From a virus (lineage: Duplodnaviria; Caudoviricetes), in IMG/VR virus record IMGVR_UViG_3300032227_000257, positions 1 through 31,647 of that record: a DNA stretch of 31,647 bases; one strand, 5' to 3'. Both the position numbers and the translations under genes were made by a program. Under the pieces are notes generated by a model. The model saw only the letters and a list, made by a program, of their open reading frames with translations, did no database searches and was not told the origin of the DNA. The stretch's first letter is position 1, and each line of letters starts with the position of its first letter. Shown piece after piece: positions 14,748-23,700 of this stretch.

Positions 14748-14894
14748 CTGGGAGTTTCCTGAGAGAACCCTGAGAGTCTACTGTGAACTGGGTCACACCT
14801 TGTTAGTCTGAGAGTTTGCTGAGAATTGTCTGAGAATTATTAGTGCCCCCAAAGTCTGAGAATTATCTGAGAGTTGGCTGAGAGTTGGCTGTGT
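14748..14894. repeat. CTGAGA direct repeats with 11-bp period in three blocks
   Basis: Exact copies start at 14759, 14770, 14808, 14819, 14830, 14856, 14867 and 14878; degenerate in-phase copies at 14748, 14781 and 14889. Confidence 0.85.
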
Positions 14895-14996
14895 CGGGTG
14901 GATAGTCGGTAAGTAGATAAATACCCTTATCGCTTTATCTCTTTATAGATTTGTCGATTTGTCGACAATTTGACCCCAGATTATTTAATTTTGATA

Positions 14997-15055
14997 GGCA
15001 GGGGGTATATAGTATCCCAATAAAAATTTCTGTTATATCGTCATAGCCCCCTGCC
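14997..15055. repeat. Inverted repeat GGCAGGGGG/CCCCCTGCC around an AT-rich spacer
   Basis: Arms at 14997-15005 and 15047-15055. Confidence 0.6.
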
Positions 15056-15149
15056 ATATAGGTCAGTTACCCACTAATTATACCTCTGACCAGGACTTTT
15101 AAAAATATTTATACTTTGGTTGTTCGGTTTTACGATTTGAACAGGTTAT

Positions 15150-15232
15150 CTTATATGTATAATAATACATATACGGAGTCGCTCCGTTTAAGACTCCGCG
15201 ACTCCTATATATAATATAATATATAATAATAT
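15150..15232. other. Second A/T tract with central GC hairpin, upstream of the terminase
   Basis: GGAGTCGC...GCGACTCC arms flanked by TATA-rich runs; shares TATATATAATATA with the 3397-3474 element. Confidence 0.5.
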
Positions 15233-15291
15233 GGGGAAGTTCTGCCGTTAATCGGCCAGCGTTAAATGACTGTAAATGATGGGGACAACTG

Positions 15292-17160
15292 ATGGGTAGA
15301 AAACCTGGGATTCAGAATATCCCTAAGCGCGAGGCGCAAGAGAAGGCCTTGCAGCAACTGAGTCAGGGTAGCACTATTACCCAGGCTATGGCCTCTGTAG
15401 GCCGCTCAGACGTGGCCTTCCGCCAATGGTGTGCAACTGACCCTGAGTTCAAAGCACGTGCCGAGGCTGCTCGCCTCGAGGGTAGAGGCATCAAGACCGA
15501 TTTGAAGGAGCTGGGAGATATTTCCTTCCCTGACTTCTCTGAGCAGTTCCTAGACACCAAGCTCTTCGAGCATCACCTTGACTGGGTAGATTTGATTGAG
15601 GGCCGTGAGCCCCGCTGGTTAGACCCAGCCATGACCTATGAGCCAGGCAATGACAACCGTGTACTGATTAACGTACCACCTGAGCACGCCAAGTCCACAG
15701 TCATCACGACCAACTATGTCGTTTACAAGATTGTGACTAACCCAAACGCCCGCGTCATCATTGTATCCAAGACGCAGGGTATGGCCCGCAAGTTCCTTGG
15801 GGCAATTAAAACTAGACTTTCCCACCCAGCCTACACCAAGTTACAGGTGGCCTTCGGCCCCAATGGTGGCTATAAGGCAGACTCAACGCAATGGTCTGCT
15901 GACATGATTTATCTGGGTACAGGACGCGACTCTGGCGAGAAAGACCCAACGGTCCAAGCCCTAGGTATGGGCTCACAGATTTACGGTGCTCGCGCTGACC
16001 TGATTATTATCGACGATGCTGTGATGGGTTCAAATGCCCACGAGTGGGAAAAGCAGCTCGAGTGGATTCAAAAAGAAGTTATTACCCGTCTAGGTAGACA
16101 TGGTAAATTAATTATCGTTGGCACTCGAGTTGCACCGATTGACCTATACAAGATGCTCCGTGACCCCCAGCAATGGTCTGGTGGCAAGTCACCCTTTACT
16201 TACTTTGCAATGCCTGCCGTACTCCAGTTTGACGAGAAGCCTGATAACTGGAAAACGCTGTGGCCTAAAACCACGCTGCAGGAAAACGAGATTGATGAAC
16301 CCGATGAAAATGGTTTATATCCTAAGTGGGACGGACCCTCGCTCTTTACGCGCCGCTCTGAGGTTGCGCCATCTGTCTGGGCTATGGTCTACCAACAAGA
16401 AGACGTCCAGTCCGATTCTATATTCGCGCCAACAGCAATTGCAGGATGTGTTAACGGTATGCGAAAGCGTGGACCGCTTAAACCTGGTACTCCAGGGCAC
16501 CCGTCCAGAGCAGGCTCGACCTACACAGTAATTGGTTTTGACCCTGCCGTATCTGGACGTTCAGCATTTGTAGCTGTAACTCTTAACCGTGACGATAGTA
16601 CAATCTATGTACTTGACTGCGTCAACATGGCAGACCCAACTCCTCAAAAGGAGAACGCTCTGATTCGTGAGTGGGTTGAAAAATATAACCCACAAGAGTT
16701 TCGTGTAGAAATCAACGCACACCAGAAGTACTACGCTATGGATACTGACCTACGTAACTATCTGGCTACCTACGGCTGCCAGTTAAACTCACACTTTACT
16801 GGTAAGAACAAGTGGGACACATCTTTTGGTGTAGCATCTATGGCTAGCCTTTTTGGTACTATCCATGATGGTCGCTACCAAGACAATGGTTTAATCGAAC
16901 TACCAAGCAACGAAGGCTCAGAGGGACTTAAGTCTCTTGTACAGCAACTCATTACCTGGAAGCCAGATACCAAGAACCCAACTGACTGCGTTATGGCTTT
17001 ATGGTTTGCTATTATTCGCATCCGCGAATTAATGCAACAAGGCAGTAAGGTTGGTCAGTTCCAAAATAATCGCTGGGCAACAAGAGCACAGAAGCAACAA
17101 AGAATGTCACTTAACCTTGATGAGGCTTTTGCCGAACAATGGGCTGACACTTACGGATAG
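15292..17160 (+). CDS. terL: Terminase large subunit with N-terminal HTH-like extension
   Basis: PPEHAKS (Walker A variant), LIIIDD (Walker B), VGTR, nuclease GFDPA and TDCVMA motifs. Confidence 0.9.
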   Translation: MGRKPGIQNIPKREAQEKALQQLSQGSTITQAMASVGRSDVAFRQWCATDPEFKARAEAARLEGRGIKTDLKELGDISFPDFSEQFLDTKLFEHHLDWVDLIEGREPRWLDPAMTYEPGNDNRVLINVPPEHAKSTVITTNYVVYKIVTNPNARVIIVSKTQGMARKFLGAIKTRLSHPAYTKLQVAFGPNGGYKADSTQWSADMIYLGTGRDSGEKDPTVQALGMGSQIYGARADLIIIDDAVMGSNAHEWEKQLEWIQKEVITRLGRHGKLIIVGTRVAPIDLYKMLRDPQQWSGGKSPFTYFAMPAVLQFDEKPDNWKTLWPKTTLQENEIDEPDENGLYPKWDGPSLFTRRSEVAPSVWAMVYQQEDVQSDSIFAPTAIAGCVNGMRKRGPLKPGTPGHPSRAGSTYTVIGFDPAVSGRSAFVAVTLNRDDSTIYVLDCVNMADPTPQKENALIREWVEKYNPQEFRVEINAHQKYYAMDTDLRNYLATYGCQLNSHFTGKNKWDTSFGVASMASLFGTIHDGRYQDNGLIELPSNEGSEGLKSLVQQLITWKPDTKNPTDCVMALWFAIIRIRELMQQGSKVGQFQNNRWATRAQKQQRMSLNLDEAFAEQWADTYG

Positions 17161-17168
17161 GAACGGGA

Positions 17169-17678
17169 ATGGCAAAGTCTGCAGACGAAGCAAGAGCAAG
17201 TGCTTCTAAAAAGAAATCAACCTACGGTGGTTCTTCAAAAGATACATCAGTTAACTTTGGGACAAACAAGTTTAACCTGACAACTGCTCAGAAAAATGAA
17301 CTTAACCGAATTGCACGAAAGATTGACAAAGAAGGAATCTCTCGCGTCACACTACGTGGCCACGCTGATTCTCGTGGTGGAGTCGATAATATGGCTCTAT
17401 CAAAGAATCGTGCTAAAGCTACAGCAGAATATCTAAAATCAAAGGTGAAAAGTTCTGATGTAAAGTTTACTGTTACAGCAGCAAGTACTAAAGAACCAGT
17501 TGCTTCTAATAAAACAGTTAAGGGAATGTCAGCTAATCGAAGAGTAGATATTGTTCTTCCAACACGTGGCCCATCCATGAAATTGGATAAGCAACCATAT
17601 AAGCCAGTTGGTTCAGGCGCATCTGCTTGGGTTGGCGGAGCTGCTGGCGGCGGTGGTGGAAGCATGGGAAGAAAATAA
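17169..17678 (+). CDS. OmpA-like C-terminal (peptidoglycan-binding) domain protein, no signal peptide
   Basis: VNFGTNKFNL, GHADSRG, NMALSKNRA, PVASN and NRRVDI motifs. Confidence 0.85.
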   Translation: MAKSADEARASASKKKSTYGGSSKDTSVNFGTNKFNLTTAQKNELNRIARKIDKEGISRVTLRGHADSRGGVDNMALSKNRAKATAEYLKSKVKSSDVKFTVTAASTKEPVASNKTVKGMSANRRVDIVLPTRGPSMKLDKQPYKPVGSGASAWVGGAAGGGGGSMGRK

Positions 17679-17705
17679 TTTTTTTAAATCTACGTTAGGA
17701 TAATA

Positions 17706-18014
17706 ATGGCACTACCAATTGCAGCAATAGTCGCAGCGGCAAGACTTGCTCGCGCAGCACAAGTAGCAACAAGAACTGCTTCTGGTATTAAGGCTGCCAA
17801 GACTGTAGAAAAAATTTATAAGGAAGGCTCTGCCTCTCCAATTGTAAGTGCTCCAACAAAAAGCCAATCACAGATTAATGCAGAAGGCATTGCTAAAGCA
17901 AGAGAAGCATTAAAGATGCCAGCTAAAGGAACTCCAGCTGCAAAGAATGCTGATGAAGCACGCAAGCGTGCAGCAGAAGCTCAGTTATACAAAAGTAGAA
18001 TTAAGGGTAAATAA
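17706..18014 (+). CDS. Ala/Lys-rich basic hypothetical protein
   Basis: ORF track; AGGA RBS; TAATG coupling to the portal. Confidence 0.65.
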   Translation: MALPIAAIVAAARLARAAQVATRTASGIKAAKTVEKIYKEGSASPIVSAPTKSQSQINAEGIAKAREALKMPAKGTPAAKNADEARKRAAEAQLYKSRIKGK

Positions 18015-19780
18015 TGGCATTATCAATGGAACAAGTTGCGGCAAGAGTCGAGAACCTTCGCTTCCGCAACGCTGAACGCGACGGTCGCAACCTCGACGTT
18101 CTTGCAGTCCGCAAGGGCCAGATTGCATCTGTATATCCTGACTTCTTTCCAGACGGAGTAGATGCTAACGTAGTTGCAAACTTTATTGACATTGTTGCAC
18201 GCGACTTGTCAGAGGTTATGGCACCACTACCTGCGGTCAATTGTTCTGCTGCTAACTCTGTTTCAGATAGAGCGCGTTCATTTGCTGACAAGCGTACACG
18301 TATCGCCTCAAATTATTTTGCTCACTCTGACCTTTCGGTTCAGATGTACCAAGGTGCCGACTGGTACCTCACTTACGGTTTCCTCCCATTCTTTATTGAA
18401 TTGGATGAGGAAGCAAAGATGCCACGTATCCGCCTAGAAAACCCTGTGGGTGCTTACCCAGAATTCGACCGCTACGGACGCTGCATTGCCTTTGCAAAAC
18501 GCTACATGACTTCTTTGGCGGAGTTAGTTTCGTTGTTCCCTGAGTACGAATACTCTTTGCTAGGTGGCGCAAGTTACAAGCAAGACTTAAATACTCAAGT
18601 AGAAATGATTCGCTACTTCGACAAAGACCAATCAATCATCTACATTCCTACAAAGGATAACCTAGTACTATCACGTGCTAAGAATCCATTGGGTAAGATG
18701 ATGGTTGTAGTAGCACGTAAGCCATCTATCGATGATGAACTACGCGGACAGTTTGACGACATCCTGGGTATCCAGTTACTTCGTAACCGCTTTGCATTGC
18801 TCGCAATGGAAGCTGCAGAGAAATCTGTTCAGGCCCCAATCGTACTTCCACAGGATGTACAAGAGTTGCAACTTGGTGGCGACGCTGTTATTCGTACAGC
18901 TAACCCAGCAGGCGTACGCCGTGTAGAACTTAATATTCCAGCAGGTGCATTCACTGAACAGAACTTGCTGAACCAAGAACTTCGTGTTGGTGCACGTTAT
19001 CCTGAATCACGTACAGGAAACGTTAATGCATCAGTTGTTACTGGCCAAGGTGTACAGGCTCTTATGGGAGCATTTGATACACAGGTAAAATCTGCACAAG
19101 CAATCTTTGCTTCTGCTCTTCGTGATGTAATTAGTCTCTGCTTTGAAGTAGATGAGACAATTTTCCCAGAAGAAAAAACAATTCGTGGTGTTGACTCAGG
19201 TTCACCATATGAAATTACATACTCACCAAAGAAAGACATCAAGGGCGATTACTCAGCCGATGTTCGTTATGGTATGTTGGCTGGTCTCAATCCAGCACAA
19301 GGACTTATCTTTATGCTACAAGCACTTGGTGGTGGCCTCATTTCCAAGGATATGGCAATGCGTGAACTACCATTTACAGTTAACGTAACCCAAGAACTAG
19401 AAAAAATTGAAATCGAGAATATGCGTCAGTCATTACTCGGTTCCATTACTGCACTCTCTCAAGCGATACCGCAGATGGCTATGCAAGGCCAGGACGCTTC
19501 TGAAGTTGTGCGACAGATTGCGGCTGTCATTAAGGCACGCCAAAAGGGACAGGCACTAGAGGACGTCATTGAAGAAGTCTTTACGCCACAGCCGCAACCA
19601 GTTCCTCCTGCTGGGGCCCAACAAGCGGTTGAGCAACCGTCCCCTGTTCCCGCTGGCGCTCCAGCAGGAGGCGCTACTTCTCAAATAGAGACAGCACCAC
19701 CAGACATTATGAGTTTGCTATCAGGTATTTCAGGTGGTGGAACACCAACAGCAAGCGTGCGTTCAACGCGACGTATATAA
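18014..19780 (+). CDS. Portal (head-tail connector) protein
   Basis: 588 aa downstream of the terminase; helical; Pro/Gln/Ala-rich C-terminal tail typical of podovirus-like portals. Confidence 0.8.
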   Translation: MALSMEQVAARVENLRFRNAERDGRNLDVLAVRKGQIASVYPDFFPDGVDANVVANFIDIVARDLSEVMAPLPAVNCSAANSVSDRARSFADKRTRIASNYFAHSDLSVQMYQGADWYLTYGFLPFFIELDEEAKMPRIRLENPVGAYPEFDRYGRCIAFAKRYMTSLAELVSLFPEYEYSLLGGASYKQDLNTQVEMIRYFDKDQSIIYIPTKDNLVLSRAKNPLGKMMVVVARKPSIDDELRGQFDDILGIQLLRNRFALLAMEAAEKSVQAPIVLPQDVQELQLGGDAVIRTANPAGVRRVELNIPAGAFTEQNLLNQELRVGARYPESRTGNVNASVVTGQGVQALMGAFDTQVKSAQAIFASALRDVISLCFEVDETIFPEEKTIRGVDSGSPYEITYSPKKDIKGDYSADVRYGMLAGLNPAQGLIFMLQALGGGLISKDMAMRELPFTVNVTQELEKIEIENMRQSLLGSITALSQAIPQMAMQGQDASEVVRQIAAVIKARQKGQALEDVIEEVFTPQPQPVPPAGAQQAVEQPSPVPAGAPAGGATSQIETAPPDIMSLLSGISGGGTPTASVRSTRRI

Positions 19781-19794
19781 ACTAGGAGGGGACA

Positions 19795-20340
19795 ATGACT
19801 ACGATTATCGGCGTACAGCACGAAGATAAGTGTATAATTGTAACTGATAGTCGTATTGCCGCAGGTGGTAAAGTTTATACACACGAATCTATGGTAAAGG
19901 CAGTTGAACGTGGAAGTTATATTATTAGTGGTGCTGGTAACTATCGTGCTTTGCAAGTGGTACTCCATGGGTGGACGCCTCCACTAGTTACAGTCAAGGC
20001 TAAAGCAAACTTATACGAGTTTGCAATCAACAAAGTAGTGCCATCTATCAAAGCGGCACTTATAGAAGCAGGCGTAGAGTTTAATAAAACATCAGATGAT
20101 GATGATGATAAATTTGAACTTAGTCTATTAGTAGCAATTAACGGAACTATTTTTGAAATAGATTCTGATTTTGCTGTAGGAATGAACAGCACAAATTTTT
20201 ATGGTATTGGTTCAGGTGGAGATTTTGCAGTAGGTGCACTTCACGCAGGAACTACAATGCTAGATGCAATGCGAATTGCAGCACTTAACAATAACGAGAC
20301 GGCTCCGCCGTTTCATATCTTTGAGCAATTTACTAAGTAG
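19795..20340 (+). CDS. HslV/proteasome beta-like Thr protease (Ntn hydrolase)
   Basis: N-terminal M-TTIIG, DSR, conserved Lys (MVK), GAG and GIGSG..FAVGAL motifs. Confidence 0.8.
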   Translation: MTTIIGVQHEDKCIIVTDSRIAAGGKVYTHESMVKAVERGSYIISGAGNYRALQVVLHGWTPPLVTVKAKANLYEFAINKVVPSIKAALIEAGVEFNKTSDDDDDKFELSLLVAINGTIFEIDSDFAVGMNSTNFYGIGSGGDFAVGALHAGTTMLDAMRIAALNNNETAPPFHIFEQFTK

Positions 20341-20348
20341 GAGGAAAC

Positions 20349-20798
20349 ATGGCTGAAAATCGTGGAGGGATGCGCCCAACAGCGTCGCAGAATAATCCTG
20401 CTAATGTTTCTGGTACTGGTGGAGCAGGTCAATCTGGACGTGTAGCACAAGGCTACTCATACGGAATGAACAAGCAAATTAACGAACAAGCAGCAGCTGC
20501 TCCTATGGCAAAGGCTCCATCATTTAATGCTGGCTCTGCTCGCATGGGTGAAGAACGTTCACTGGCTCCAGTTACTCCTGTTACAGCAGAAACAATGTTG
20601 CCAAATGACCCAATTACTAATGGGGCTCCAATTGGTGCTGGTGATAATGCTGTTTCTAATCTACCACTTGGTCCATCACAAGACCCAGATATTAATATGA
20701 TTCGTGATTATTACCCAATGCTCGAGTTCTGGGCTAGTCAACCAGGCACCTCACAGGCTACTAAAGACTATGTACAGTACTTAAGGACGATTATTTAA
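20349..20798 (+). CDS. Gly/Ala/Pro-rich putative virion protein
   Basis: GGAGG RBS; low-complexity sequence; structural operon. Confidence 0.55.
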   Translation: MAENRGGMRPTASQNNPANVSGTGGAGQSGRVAQGYSYGMNKQINEQAAAAPMAKAPSFNAGSARMGEERSLAPVTPVTAETMLPNDPITNGAPIGAGDNAVSNLPLGPSQDPDINMIRDYYPMLEFWASQPGTSQATKDYVQYLRTII

Positions 20799-23700
20799 TG
20801 AATCTTTGGGAGTATATTGGCAAGACGCAGAAGGTATTTAAAGATACCCCTGCTGCGCAAATTACATCACCTAACAGTACTAGAATTCCTTTTAGCACTG
20901 CATTCGATATCGCATCTAATCTGCCTCAAAATCCTGGTGGATGGGATAATGACGACCTGGAAAAGGTGCGTCAGGTAGCGCTCAACACTGTGTCTAAGGC
21001 TAATCCAGCACTTGTTGGTGGAACCATTGGATTAATTCTTGGTGGCCCAGGTGGTGCTGCAGTAGGTGCTGGTTCAGGTCTTGCAATTCAAAAGATTGAT
21101 GAAGCAACCGATGGTGGTGCTACTAAAGTTTTGCAAGCTGGACAGAAAAACTTTCGTTCCAACTACTCATTTTTACGTAGCGTAGCTGATGAAAATGCAG
21201 CAATGGGATTTCTTGCAAGTCTAGGTTTTGTGGCAGGTGGTATTGCTGGTGGTCTTGGCGGTTTTGCTTTAGCTGGTCCAGCAGGAGCGTTCGTTGGAGC
21301 TACAGCTGGAGCTAATCTTGCTGGTAAAGGTATACGCGATGCGTTTGAAACTGACCTAGGTGCAAACATTTCAAAGACTCTAAACAAGTCTGCAAAGTTT
21401 TCTGAATCAGATGTAGGGCAAGAACGTTACAACCTTGGTCGTGACGTAGTTCATACTGCTGCACAGATTATTGGTAAGCAAACTCTTGGAGATACAAGCA
21501 AAGGTATCGGAGCTATCTCTTCTGGTCTTGTTAACTTTGTTGCAGAATTAGGTCTTGGACTAGATGTTGCAGCAGCTAAGGGCGCAGGTCTTGCTGCTAG
21601 AAGTACACTTGTAAGACCAATTGTTGAGCCTTTAACACCATTCCAGAAAAAGATTTACGGCAAAGGTGAAGCAGAACGCGTTGGCGCACGTCTGGCTGCA
21701 GATATCGATTTAATTAAGCGTACAGTTGCTGGTGAGGTTACACCTTACACACCAGTATTTAAAGCTATCCGTGAAAATGATGCAGCAGTAATTGGAAACC
21801 GTGCAGGATTTGACAGTGCAAGTGGAAAACTTGCAGCTTCTCTTATGGCTAGAGAGTCAGACGAGACAATTGGATTAATACTTCGCGTTGGTCGTGGAGA
21901 CCCAGACGCAGTAGCAGAGCTTGCTCTTAAGCGTGCTGACAAGTTTGCAGAGTACACACGTCTAGATGACGCAATGGCTTATGTAAATAACAATGGTTTG
22001 TTCTCATTACAATTTAAGGGTCAAACTTTAATACTATCTAAGCGTTTTAAAAACAACACAGCTCTTTTAGATGCAGAAATTGAAGCATTGAGAAAAGAAG
22101 TTGGCTGGTTAGATGATGCTTTAAGCATTCAAGGAGACCTTGCTAATAGAACCGTATCTAAATGGGCAGTAGTCGAAAAAGTACGCAATGACTTTGCTAA
22201 GGAAAACGCAAATAGAAAGCTTGCTCTTGGAGATAACGCTCAAATGGAAACAGCGCTGGGTAAAACATACCAGTGGTTCTACCAGAAGAGCCCATTGTCG
22301 CGTCCTATTCGTGGCTTGGACCGATTGACAGATGATGCTCCACGTCAGTTAATCAATTACAACGAGCCATTTGCTGCAGGCATTAGAATGCAAACAAGTC
22401 TTCGTTCTGCTGAAAAATATGGCGCTTCAATCCCACAGGAAAACCTTCGCGTTTATAATAATTGGATGAAGGCTAGAACAGAAAACGAAAAAACTGCAGT
22501 TATTGACAACTATGTTGACACTGGCATGAAGTTAATGGGCGACAAGTACAACGTTGGTGTAGATATTATCCAGTTTGCCATCGACAAGTACAACATGACT
22601 CACAAGCGTTTTAGAGATGAAGCTATTAAGGCACGCGAATTAAAGCAGGGTTACATGAATGACCCTAATGACCTAGATGGTCCACTAATCGAAGATGCTC
22701 AGCTCATCACTCAGCTTGCTAATGGTGCAATACTTCCTGACTGGAAATTTATTGATGGAGTCATGAAGGATTTTGTAAAGCGCAACGGTGATACAACTAA
22801 AATTATCCGTAGCAAAGAAAGCGCAATGTGGTTAGCTGACGAGTTTAACAGCCTCTGGCGCACGGGTACTTTGTTACGTACTGGTTATCCAATCAACGTA
22901 ATTAAAGACTCTTATATTCGCGCTTGGGGAGATGGTGCAATGATTAGCATGATGAAATATCTTGCTCAAGATATAATTGATGGAGTTTCTTCTGGCACAA
23001 ACACTGTAAACCGAGTTAATCGCTGGGTTAAATCTACATCTAATCCTAATTATAATATGAAGAAGATTAGAAAAGATATCGCTTCTCGTCAGTTAATTCT
23101 TAACAATTATGATAAGTCACTTCTTAAGGCGAAGTACGATGTCAATAATCCTCCAAAGTCTGTACCAGTTGAACTAATTCCTGATGTTCAGCGTCGCAAC
23201 GACCTTGCCAATAATATTGCAGCACTCCGTGCCCAAGAAGTAAGACTTGTTTCTGGAGTAAAGATTAAGCCAGTAAATGTGCGAAAGGTTACGCTTGACG
23301 GAGAAGAATTTGAGAGCGCATTCGGTGGACGTTTTGGTTCTATCTTCCGCCAGAAGATTGACCAGAAGGATGACCTACGTGCAGCAGTAGCTGGCGTGCG
23401 TGAACTAGAGGTTGACATTGCACGTCGTGGCCGTAGTGGTACAGCGTCTATTCTGCCTACAGATGAGACTCGTCACATGCAGTCTTGGCTACAGATTCTA
23501 AATGATAAGCTACGTTTTGACCCAGTAGCAGAGCTAATTATGAAGGGCAAGTCAAAGAAAGACGTACTTCAGTGGTTCCGCAATGGTTCACCAGAGGCTG
23601 TTGCCTACTTGGATAGATTCTCAAGCAATCTAAAAGATGCACCAGTTGCATATGACCGTGTAAAAGCAATGGTTGATATGTATGCACCATCTCAGGCTTT

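Noticed and set aside
14748-14894. Possible CRISPR array
   Set aside because: Repeats are 6 bp with 5-bp gaps, far below CRISPR repeat and spacer sizes; no cas operon.
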